From positions 1 through 28,056 of the forward strand of contig JBLIRO010000066.1 in NCBI GenBank assembly GCA_049472335.1: a stretch of DNA of 28,056 nt. Reading direction: 5' to 3'. Within the stretch, counting starts at the first letter, position 1. Each line of letters begins with the position of its first letter. The translations under genes were made by a program, and so were the position numbers. This document shows, one piece after another, positions 1-7,587 of the stretch. Source of the DNA: a bacterium. Its GTDB lineage: Bacteria > SZUA-182 > DTGQ01 > JAFGSM01. The notes beneath the pieces are model-generated. The model was not told the origin of the DNA. It was given only the letters and a program-made list of their open reading frames with translations, and made no database searches.

Positions 1-167
1 GAGAACATTTTTAAATATATTCTCGCTGACGGAAAAGACCGGGATCGGGAAAAGAAAAGGGACGGCACCTGCCAGACCTCCTATTCAACAGAGAACATTT
101 TTAAATATATTCTCGCTGACGGAAAAGACCGGGATCGGGAAAAGAAAAGGGACGGCACCTGCCAGAC
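1..167. repeat. 90-bp-period direct repeat (1-77 identical to 91-167)
   Basis: Direct comparison: 77 identical bases, diverging after GCCAGAC. Confidence 0.95.
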
Positions 168-171
168 TTGA
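1..171 (+). CDS. 3' end of an upstream gene with a 30-aa tandem repeat (ENIFKYILADGKDRDREKKRDGTCQTSYST); partial
   Basis: Frame +1 is open from base 1 to TGA at 169-171. The 90-bp repeat period preserves frame, and a strong hairpin follows at 198-233. The start lies outside the window. Confidence 0.6.
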   Translation, partial: ENIFKYILADGKDRDREKKRDGTCQTSYSTENIFKYILADGKDRDREKKRDGTCQT

Positions 172-197
172 TACTTTAATTATCTCGATTTCCTATA

Positions 198-233
198 AGG
201 GTGAGGTGAACCTTTTAATATTCACCTCACCCT
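198..233 (+). terminator. perfect 13-bp stem-loop, probable terminator or 3' stabiliser of the upstream gene
   Basis: AGGGTGAGGTGAA (198-210) pairs with TTCACCTCACCCT (221-233) around a 10-nt loop, 26 nt after the stop. There is no clear U-tract. Confidence 0.55.
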
Positions 234-562
234 ACCCAATCTGATTATTGGCTGAATTAAAAGCCGATTACCTGTCTGCCCTGTCAGGCTCTGGGCTATT
301 TGCTGTAATGCACCAGGGTCTTCTACCCATGTAAAGGCGCATTTTCTTACATACTATAGTCAATCCCCTTTTCCTCCAAGTGTGTTTGATGACATTTTGC
401 CCATTGAAATAAAATTCACAGGGAAATCGTAGATATGAGAATATCTTTAGTGGGTATCTCTAACCGATCCGCCTCTTTACTTTATGTATGCGCATTGAGG
501 GGAGAATAAGGAACGTTGTTTAAGGGGAGAATATAGGGTTAATAGGGACGGACGGGGTTAAT

Positions 563-724
563 AGGGACGGTCTTAGTTTATTCGTTTAAGCTTGATAACT
601 ATCAAATATTATTCAATATTTAACCTACATTAATAGATAAAAGATTAAACTTTCCATGTTCTATTCACCTTTAAAAAGAAAAGTGTATTTTGAGTATTTA
701 AACTAATAAACTAAGACCGTCCCT
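563..724. mobile_element. 162-bp non-coding element with 27-bp terminal inverted repeats (MITE/REPIN-like)
   Basis: AGGGACGGTCTTAGTTTATTcGTTTAA (563-589) vs TTAAACtAATAAACTAAGACCGTCCCT (698-724), 1 mismatch. Partial duplicates of both ends lie outside (536-551; 725-750). Confidence 0.6.
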
Positions 725-754
725 TTTCTCCCTTTTCGTCCCTTTTCTCCACCT

Positions 755-931
755 TCGGTTATTGACGCAGACTTTACTCCCAATACTGATGCAGAGTTAA
801 TCCGAATTAAGATTTGGGACAAAAATAACGGCGATACGATTATTTATGATAATCAAATAGGCGATGCTGTTGATGCAGATCCTACTACCGCGATCAGTAG
901 TGGATCGATTGTAATCCATGAGGAGAAATGA
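755..931 (+). pseudogene. 3' remnant of a secreted (PKD-associated type) protein gene, C-terminal domain only
   Basis: Frame +2 reads SVIDADFTPNTDAELIRIKIWDKNNGDTIIYDNQIGDAVDADPTTAISSGSIVIHEEK*, resembling the recurrent C-terminus 'D.FRIKIWD....VYDNQ....DPTT.I.GGSIVIH'. There is an in-frame TAA at 707-709 and no start codon between it and the fragment. Confidence 0.75.
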
Positions 932-947
932 TTAATATAAAGAAAAG

Positions 948-1064
948 AATGGTGATCCGCATCAATATATTCCCACGGAGAGTCGGATCCTTGCGTAATT
1001 CCTTATTGTAAATGGGATAAATCGCAGCTTTGTATCGATCGAATACAATCTGAATTTCTTCGTC
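948..1064 (-). pseudogene. 39-codon fragment of an AgmX/PglI-type (TonB-C-like) C-terminal domain
   Basis: Translates to DEEIQIVFDRYKAAIYPIYNKELRKDPTLRGNILMRITI, matching my recollection of 'RTDEEIQIVFDRYKAALYRIYNRELRKDPTLRGK....ITI' in that family. It has no start codon and similarity stops abruptly. Confidence 0.7.
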
Positions 1065-1073
1065 CGGAATCTC

Positions 1074-1556
1074 TCAGCTAGTCCGCTTTGGGAGGATCAA
1101 TCCAAGTATCACCCATAGATATATAAACGATTCTAAAACAAATAGTGTTTTTAGCCACCAGGCAGCCCATTTATACGGCTCACTACCGGATATGAAAAAG
1201 AATGAGACTATGAACCCAACTATGCTCAACCCAACAACAGTGCAGATAACTGCACTCACTATGTACCCTACTACTGCCCTTGATTTGACCTGCTTTTCCA
1301 GTCTTGTATCATTTTGTTGCCTCATCCATTTTAGTGATTTATTTAGTTCCCTCGTAATATTCGCGAAGTAAATGACTAGCTTCACCACGTAAATAAAGAC
1401 TATGGCGATGAATTCAACTACGTATGGCCATATATTAGCGTGAAGCGTGTCCTTCCAGAGAGGGACATTAAAGGCTTGAATGATTATCAGTGGTATCAGC
1501 AATAACAAAGCGAACACTGTTGCCCAGAACTTTATGGATTTTACCAGCTTTAACAT
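1074..1556 (-). CDS. hypothetical integral membrane protein (about 4 TM helices)
   Basis: 160-aa ORF with four hydrophobic segments and an AAGGAGG RBS upstream of the ATG. Confidence 0.8.
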   Translation of the reverse strand: MLKLVKSIKFWATVFALLLLIPLIIIQAFNVPLWKDTLHANIWPYVVEFIAIVFIYVVKLVIYFANITRELNKSLKWMRQQNDTRLEKQVKSRAVVGYIVSAVICTVVGLSIVGFIVSFFFISGSEPYKWAAWWLKTLFVLESFIYLWVILGLILPKRTS

Positions 1557-1664
1557 GATTCATCCTCCTTTATTTGAATGGTCATCGCGATCTCAGCGAC
1601 CCTCTTCTCTTCCTGGGCCTTGCTGGAGTGTATATGTATGATAGGATTTATTTTTTGAATAGAA

Positions 1665-1693
1665 AATATACAGAAGATTTATATCTTTGTCAA
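1665..1693 (-). promoter_or_regulatory. putative sigma70 promoter for 1074..1556
   Basis: Minus strand TTGACA (1693-1688), N17, TATATT (1670-1665). Confidence 0.45.
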
Positions 1694-2121
1694 CTCAAAT
1701 ACTTACTATTATTTTGTAAAAAATTAAAAAGGAGAAAATAGGAAGTATTATTATTGGCTCTTCACAAGAATATTGATACTGGACTGGATCCAGGTAATGC
1801 CAGAACTTTTTAATGTGCTCCGTATATATCTTGAATACTGAGAAGCCTTATTGATGGATTTTTCCAATCTTTATTTTCTCTCTCATTTGATTTAAAATAT
1901 TATAAGAAGATAAGAAATTTTCATCTTATCTAAAAATTGGTTTTAAGGTCTGAAAGCTAACCAGTTGAAAGTCAAAGCCCAGGTTGGGAAAATAGTCAGA
2001 AGCCGGAATTCATCCTTTTAAATTTTCTTCTGGCTCCTTGCTCCTGATTTCTTGCTCTTTTTGCACTAAGGTGGGAGCAAAATTTTCATTATAGGTGGCG
2101 TAAACGGCTAAAAAAATTATC

Positions 2122-4779
2122 ATGTTAAAGAGATTTTTTTCAGGATGTTTAATCTTTTTATTCTTTAATCTCTTTGCAATCGGTTGGACTCCCGTTTTAG
2201 AAGCAATCGCTCCTGAAATTTACTCTATCGCTCCCGGTTCAGGAAGCAGTTTCACATCTACCCAAATCATAATCAATGGATCAGGTTTTGAAGCGGTCCC
2301 GAAAATATCGGTTTATGGGGGAGGACCGTTCATAAAGGGATCCTGCAATACACCTGGCACTGCCAAAGATGTCTATGTCAGGGATAATTATGCTTATGTT
2401 GCAGATCTTGATGCAGGTCTTCAGATCATAGACATCAGCGATCCTAAGGACCCTAATATACTGAGTTCTTATGACACACCTGGCGAAGCCTGGGGCATCC
2501 ATGTAACAGGCATGTATGCATATGTGGCGGATTATGATAAAGGCCTTCAGATCATTGATATAAGTAACCCTGCAGATCCTAACATTGTCAGTTCCTTCAA
2601 TACGCCTGATTATGCAAGAGGCGTCTTTGTGAAAGATAATCTTGCCTATTTGGCGGACGGATCTTCGGGCATTCAAATCATAGACGTCAGTGACCCTGCA
2701 AAACCCCGTGAAGTGGGTTCCTGTGAAACGCCTGGTGATGCATTAGACGTCCACGTCATGGATTCATATGCATATGTGGCGGATTCTGATGAGGGCCTTC
2801 AGATAATTGACATTAGTGCTCCCGAAGATCCCAATATCGTGGGTTCTTGCAATACGGCAAACAGGGCCTGGTGTGTTTATGTCTCAGGGCCTTATGCCTT
2901 AATAGGAGATTGGTATGGAGGGTTTGTGGTGATCGATGTAAGCGATCCCGCAAACCCTCACATTGTTGGTTCTTGTGCTACACAAGATAGGGCATTCAGT
3001 ATCGATGTGAAAGGCCGGTATGCTTTTGTGGCAGACTTTAATTCAGGTATCCATGTAGTCGATATCAGCGATCCCACAAACCCAGACATTGTAGGTTCTT
3101 GTGATACACCAGGCTCTGCCAGAGGGATCTATATCTCAGGTTTGTCTGCTTATATAGCGGATCAGGATGCAGGCCTTCAGGTGATCGATATTAGTGCTCC
3201 TACAAATCCAAGTATCATAGGATATTGTAACACACCGGGTTATGCGCTGGATCTATATGTCAAGGGCACCCATGCATATGTGGCAGATTCTGATTTTGGC
3301 CTCCAAGTGATTGACATAAGTGATCCTGAAAATCCAATCAATGCAGGATCTTTCCCTCTTTCCAGCTTTGCGGTAGACGTCAGTGTGCTGGGAGAATATG
3401 CCTATGTTGTCGATCAAAATTTAGGCCTTCTCGTGATCGACGTAAGCGATCCCGAAGATCCAAATATCGTAGGTTTTCATCCTATCCTGGGTGATATCTA
3501 TGGTGTCCATGTGAAAGGAAGCTATGCCTATGTAGTGGGGGATTTTTATCTGGTTTCTCAGTTGTATGCGGGTCTTCAGGTGATCGATATACAAAATCCC
3601 AAAGAGCTGGAGCTTGTGGGTTCTTGTTTCACATTGGGTTCTGCCAAAGATATCTATGTTTCGGGCACGTATGCGTATATGGCAAATTATGATTTAGGGC
3701 TTCGGGTGATTGACTTGAGCAATCCTGCAAATCCCAAAATTGTGGGTACTCGCAATACGCCGGGTAAAGCCATAGGCATTTATGTGGCAGGTGAGCATGC
3801 CTATGTAGCAGATGATGATTCAGGCCTTCAGGTAATCAACGTCAGCAATCCAACAGATCCCCGGATAGTGGGAGAATGGCAGACACCGGACCGGGCCTGG
3901 GACGTCTATGTCACAGGCAACTATGCATATGTGGCGGATTATGAGAAGGGTCTTCAGGTCATAGACGTGAGTGATCCTGAAAATCCCTGCAGCATAGGTG
4001 TCTGCGATACACCTTCTTTAGCCATGGGAGTTTGGGTCACTGATAATTATGCCTTTGTGGCAGACTATGATTCAGGTCTACAGGTGATCGAGAAATTCAA
4101 ACCCCTCACAGCTCAGATGTTTTTTGATCAAAACAGGATCTCGGTAACTATCCCTAAAGGATTTAGCTCCGGCACTTACAACCTCTTTGTGACAAACCCT
4201 GAAGGTGAACAGGCTGTACTTAACAGTGCCTTGACCATAACGATGGAGATTTATTTATCAGCCGGTTTAAATGGGTTTGGCTGGCCGGTTAAGACACCAA
4301 AAGGATTTACTTCTTATCATCTCATACGCAATTTAGGGGAAAAAGGGGAGATCAGTAAGATTCAAAGATATAATCCGAATAATGGAACCTATGAGTCCAC
4401 AACGTACGACCCAAACGGCCAGCCCTGTGGAGATGAATTTGAAATAGTAAGCGGCAAGGGATACCTAGTTTATATGAGTAAGGCCAAAACAATCTCTTTT
4501 GACGGACTTATTCCCCATACACCAATTGAATGTGAACAAGGGCTCAATCTTCTATCAATACCCAGCAGTCCCTCCCGGTTTAACTCATATGATCTCCTTG
4601 ACCTTTTAGGATCTTCGGATGATGTCTTTAGTATCCAAAGATTCAATAAAGAGAGAGGCGTTTTTGAGGCTACTTTACATATTTATGGGAAACCGTCCGG
4701 TAACAAATTCGAGATTATAAATGGTGATGCATATCTTATCCAAGTGGATATGCCAAAGAGCAAAGATCTCCTCAAATAG
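2122..4779 (+). CDS. secreted LVIVD-repeat beta-propeller protein (14 repeats) with a split IPT/TIG-like domain and a C-terminal two-repeat module
   Basis: Signal peptide; fourteen ~42-aa repeats 'P.IVGSC.TPG.A..V.V.G.YAYVAD...GLQVIDISDP' (2326-4095); IPT/TIG-like halves on either side; C-terminal L..GLN...P / IQR[YF]N / FEI..G..YL module twice. Confidence 0.92.
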   Translation: MLKRFFSGCLIFLFFNLFAIGWTPVLEAIAPEIYSIAPGSGSSFTSTQIIINGSGFEAVPKISVYGGGPFIKGSCNTPGTAKDVYVRDNYAYVADLDAGLQIIDISDPKDPNILSSYDTPGEAWGIHVTGMYAYVADYDKGLQIIDISNPADPNIVSSFNTPDYARGVFVKDNLAYLADGSSGIQIIDVSDPAKPREVGSCETPGDALDVHVMDSYAYVADSDEGLQIIDISAPEDPNIVGSCNTANRAWCVYVSGPYALIGDWYGGFVVIDVSDPANPHIVGSCATQDRAFSIDVKGRYAFVADFNSGIHVVDISDPTNPDIVGSCDTPGSARGIYISGLSAYIADQDAGLQVIDISAPTNPSIIGYCNTPGYALDLYVKGTHAYVADSDFGLQVIDISDPENPINAGSFPLSSFAVDVSVLGEYAYVVDQNLGLLVIDVSDPEDPNIVGFHPILGDIYGVHVKGSYAYVVGDFYLVSQLYAGLQVIDIQNPKELELVGSCFTLGSAKDIYVSGTYAYMANYDLGLRVIDLSNPANPKIVGTRNTPGKAIGIYVAGEHAYVADDDSGLQVINVSNPTDPRIVGEWQTPDRAWDVYVTGNYAYVADYEKGLQVIDVSDPENPCSIGVCDTPSLAMGVWVTDNYAFVADYDSGLQVIEKFKPLTAQMFFDQNRISVTIPKGFSSGTYNLFVTNPEGEQAVLNSALTITMEIYLSAGLNGFGWPVKTPKGFTSYHLIRNLGEKGEISKIQRYNPNNGTYESTTYDPNGQPCGDEFEIVSGKGYLVYMSKAKTISFDGLIPHTPIECEQGLNLLSIPSSPSRFNSYDLLDLLGSSDDVFSIQRFNKERGVFEATLHIYGKPSGNKFEIINGDAYLIQVDMPKSKDLLK

Positions 4780-5264
4780 TAGTATCACCCTGTTCAATAT
4801 GATCCACATGTGAGATGGAATTCACAAAAAAGGTTATTTTCCTTTTTAGTGATGGTGAACAGATCAAAATCCCATAGTCCTTCGCAAAGATTAAATCAGA
4901 GGAAATTCTGACAGACAATATCCAAATTTGATGAACTGATAATTAGAAAGAAAGCATTTCAATTATTACTCAAAACAATTTATTTAAAGCTCATTTATGA
5001 AGTATAAATCCTCAAGTGCTGGAATGTCTGCACGAAACAAGGATTGTCATTATTATTAATGATCCATTTTTAGTGGAGAGGATCTTACAACATCTTTACC
5101 CTAATTTTATTCCTTTCTGACGATATAGAAATAGGAGGGTTTTCTCTTAACTCTTACAGGTTAATACCTTATTATGAATCTAAGAGGGTCAATATTTGTA
5201 AATACGGACTTCAAGCTGAAAATGTCTATGGTTATTAATGCTTATGCTTGTTAAGGAGGAAATT

Positions 5265-7319
5265 ATGAGAGAGGATTTAAGAAAAACATGTATATTTTTA
5301 TCGATTTTTTTGTTCTTGATATTAATTGCGTCATGTGGCGGCAATGGAGACAGTAGTGGGATTGGTAGCGGAGTTGGCGGTAGTGATACGGAATCTCCTA
5401 TACCTCCATTGGATTTAAACGTTAGTATAAATCCTCCGGATGGGGCTACACTCATATGGTTAGCTTCCACCGATGACATTGGTGTAGCAGGATATAATGT
5501 ATATAGAAACGGAGTTTACCTTAAATCAGTTACATCCAATTCTGCCACGGATTCGGGTTTGTCCCCTTTAACCCAGTACTGCTATACTGTTACTGCATAC
5601 GATGCTTCAGGCAATGAGTCCATGTCAATAGGTCAGTCCTGCATAACAATAGCTCAATGGAAGACACGGTTCTACGGCACAGAAAAAGACATAAATACCA
5701 TAGCATGTTCAGAAACTAAGTTCGTTGCACTTGGTGATACCGGGACCATTCTCACATCTACGGACGGCATAACCTGGACAATTGCGGAGCTTTCTTCCCT
5801 ATTCAATACGAATGATTTAATTTGGGCAGACGATATGTGGGTTTCGGTGGGGAGTTTCGGTAGTGTTTCCACATCCCCGGATGGCCTGGGATGGACATCA
5901 AGGTATATGTGCTCTTTCTGTTTGGATAATCTCCTTGCAGTTACATGGTCAGGAACCCGCTTTGTAGCGGTCGGGGAGGAAGGCTTAGTCGTTACATCCA
6001 TCGACGGCATTAACTGGACGGAGAATACAGCCACAACCCAAGACCTCCGGGGTCTTGCAGCATCGGATACCATATTTGTTGCTGTCGGCGATAACGGTAC
6101 AATACTCTCATCAGCGGACGGCACAAACTGGTCAACTGTAACTGTGGATGAATCGACAAGCAATAACCTCCATGATGTCATATGGTCCGGAACGCAGTAT
6201 ATTATTGTTGGCGATTTAGGAACCGTATATACCTCTCCTTATGGCATAAATTGGACAAAGCAGGATACAGGTCTTTCTGCATATTTCAGTGATGTTACCT
6301 GGAATGGAACATTCTTCCTTGCCCACGATAGTGTAGGTCAGGTCTATACCTCCACTGACGGGATAACCTGGACAGAGAAATCAATATTGATAAATAACTG
6401 GTTTTTAGATGTCATCTGGTCGGATTATCTCTCCACTTTCGTTGCCGTCGGAACAAGAGGTTTGATCCTTACTTCACCGGATGGTGATACGTGGACAATT
6501 CGAACAACAGGGGAAGATTTTGAAAATGTCGTCTGGGACGGGAACCGATTTTTTGCATTAAGTATTACAGGCACTGTTTTTACCTCCACTGACGGTATAA
6601 GCTGGACTTATATAAGCAATATTAGTGACTCGACAGGCTTTAATGAGATCATTCTTGATATAACCTGGTCAGATGCTTTATCCCTTCTTGCTGCCGTGGG
6701 CAATGGTATTATTCTTACATCCGAGGATGGTGTAACATGGGACACCCGGGTAAGCCTGGGCCCAGCCAATATCTTTGAGTCCATAACCTGGTCTGGTTCA
6801 GAGTTCGTCGCCGTAGGTAATAGTGGAAAGTTATATACATCCGCTGATGGTATAACCTGGTCCAATAATTTTATACTATCAAGTCCATGGCTGACCGGTG
6901 TAGCCTGGTCCAATACCCTCTCCCTCTATGTTGCCATAGCAGGTGGTAGTGTTTATACTTCATCGGATGCGGTGAATTGGAGCGATCCAAACTCTGTTTC
7001 GGCCAATAAACTCAACAGTATTATCTGGTCAGGGAGCCAATTTGTGAGCGTCGGCAGTTCAGGAACTATAGTCACTTCCCTGGATGGTGTAAACTGGACT
7101 GACAGGTCCTTGGCAATTGATAATACCTTTAACAGTGTAAACTGGACCGGAACGGAATTTATTGCCGTATCTTCAGGAGGCAAAGTATACACCTCACCTG
7201 ACGCCATCACCTGGACGGAAGAGACCTCTGGAATTATGAAGACTATAAGTGATGTAACCTCATCGGGGACGCGGTCAGTTGCGGTGGCTGATGCAGGAAT
7301 TATTATTACAAAACCATGA
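5265..7319 (+). CDS. lipoprotein with a fibronectin type III domain and BNR/Asp-box-like (S.DG..W) beta-propeller repeats
   Basis: AAGGAGG RBS favours the ATG at 5265 over 5238. Lipobox LIASC and a Gly/Ser linker precede an FN3 motif (W.ASTDDIGVAGYNVYRNG...GLSPLTQYCYTVTAYDASGNES) and 13 T/S-S-x-DG-xx-W-type motifs. Confidence 0.9.
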   Translation: MREDLRKTCIFLSIFLFLILIASCGGNGDSSGIGSGVGGSDTESPIPPLDLNVSINPPDGATLIWLASTDDIGVAGYNVYRNGVYLKSVTSNSATDSGLSPLTQYCYTVTAYDASGNESMSIGQSCITIAQWKTRFYGTEKDINTIACSETKFVALGDTGTILTSTDGITWTIAELSSLFNTNDLIWADDMWVSVGSFGSVSTSPDGLGWTSRYMCSFCLDNLLAVTWSGTRFVAVGEEGLVVTSIDGINWTENTATTQDLRGLAASDTIFVAVGDNGTILSSADGTNWSTVTVDESTSNNLHDVIWSGTQYIIVGDLGTVYTSPYGINWTKQDTGLSAYFSDVTWNGTFFLAHDSVGQVYTSTDGITWTEKSILINNWFLDVIWSDYLSTFVAVGTRGLILTSPDGDTWTIRTTGEDFENVVWDGNRFFALSITGTVFTSTDGISWTYISNISDSTGFNEIILDITWSDALSLLAAVGNGIILTSEDGVTWDTRVSLGPANIFESITWSGSEFVAVGNSGKLYTSADGITWSNNFILSSPWLTGVAWSNTLSLYVAIAGGSVYTSSDAVNWSDPNSVSANKLNSIIWSGSQFVSVGSSGTIVTSLDGVNWTDRSLAIDNTFNSVNWTGTEFIAVSSGGKVYTSPDAITWTEETSGIMKTISDVTSSGTRSVAVADAGIIITKP

Positions 7320-7388
7320 AAAAAGATTATTTGATAGTTTTATGACATTTGAAACTATAAAAGTATAATTTTCAGAGATATAGACTTG

Positions 7389-7564
7389 AATCCAAATCCT
7401 GCATTTGAAATCGATTACGATTTGAAATAAACTCCGAAAACGCCGTTGCTCAGAACGATTTTGAGATCGAAATATTCCAATATCTCTTCTGCTGAGAGCT
7501 TATTTCTCCTTGTCTGTGAATGTTTTAAACGTCTCTTAAGGATATCAAATGCAGGATCTGGATT
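7389..7564. mobile_element. 176-bp MITE-like element with 24-bp imperfect terminal inverted repeats
   Basis: AATCCAAATCCTGCATTTGAAATC (7389-7412) vs GATATCAAATGCAGGATCTGGATT (7541-7564), 2 mismatches. It lies between convergent genes with no transposase and no clear target-site duplication. Confidence 0.55.
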
Positions 7565-7587
7565 AAAAAAGGCATAATTTCGATTCT

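Noticed and set aside
1..167. Direct repeat as a CRISPR array
   Set aside because: A 77-bp repeat with a 13-bp gap does not fit CRISPR geometry. The period is a multiple of 3 in an open frame, and no cas genes are present.
273..335. Minus-strand peptide FTWVEDPGALQQIAQSLTGQT, reminiscent of an RNase D N-terminus
   Set aside because: Only 21 aa, needs a frameshift to extend and has no catalytic motif. It cannot be supported without BLASTX.
1994..2053. Degenerate heptamer-like inverted repeats (AGTCAGAAGCCGGAA / TTCTGGCTCCTTGCTCCTGA)
   Set aside because: Too many mismatches to call a defined element or terminator.
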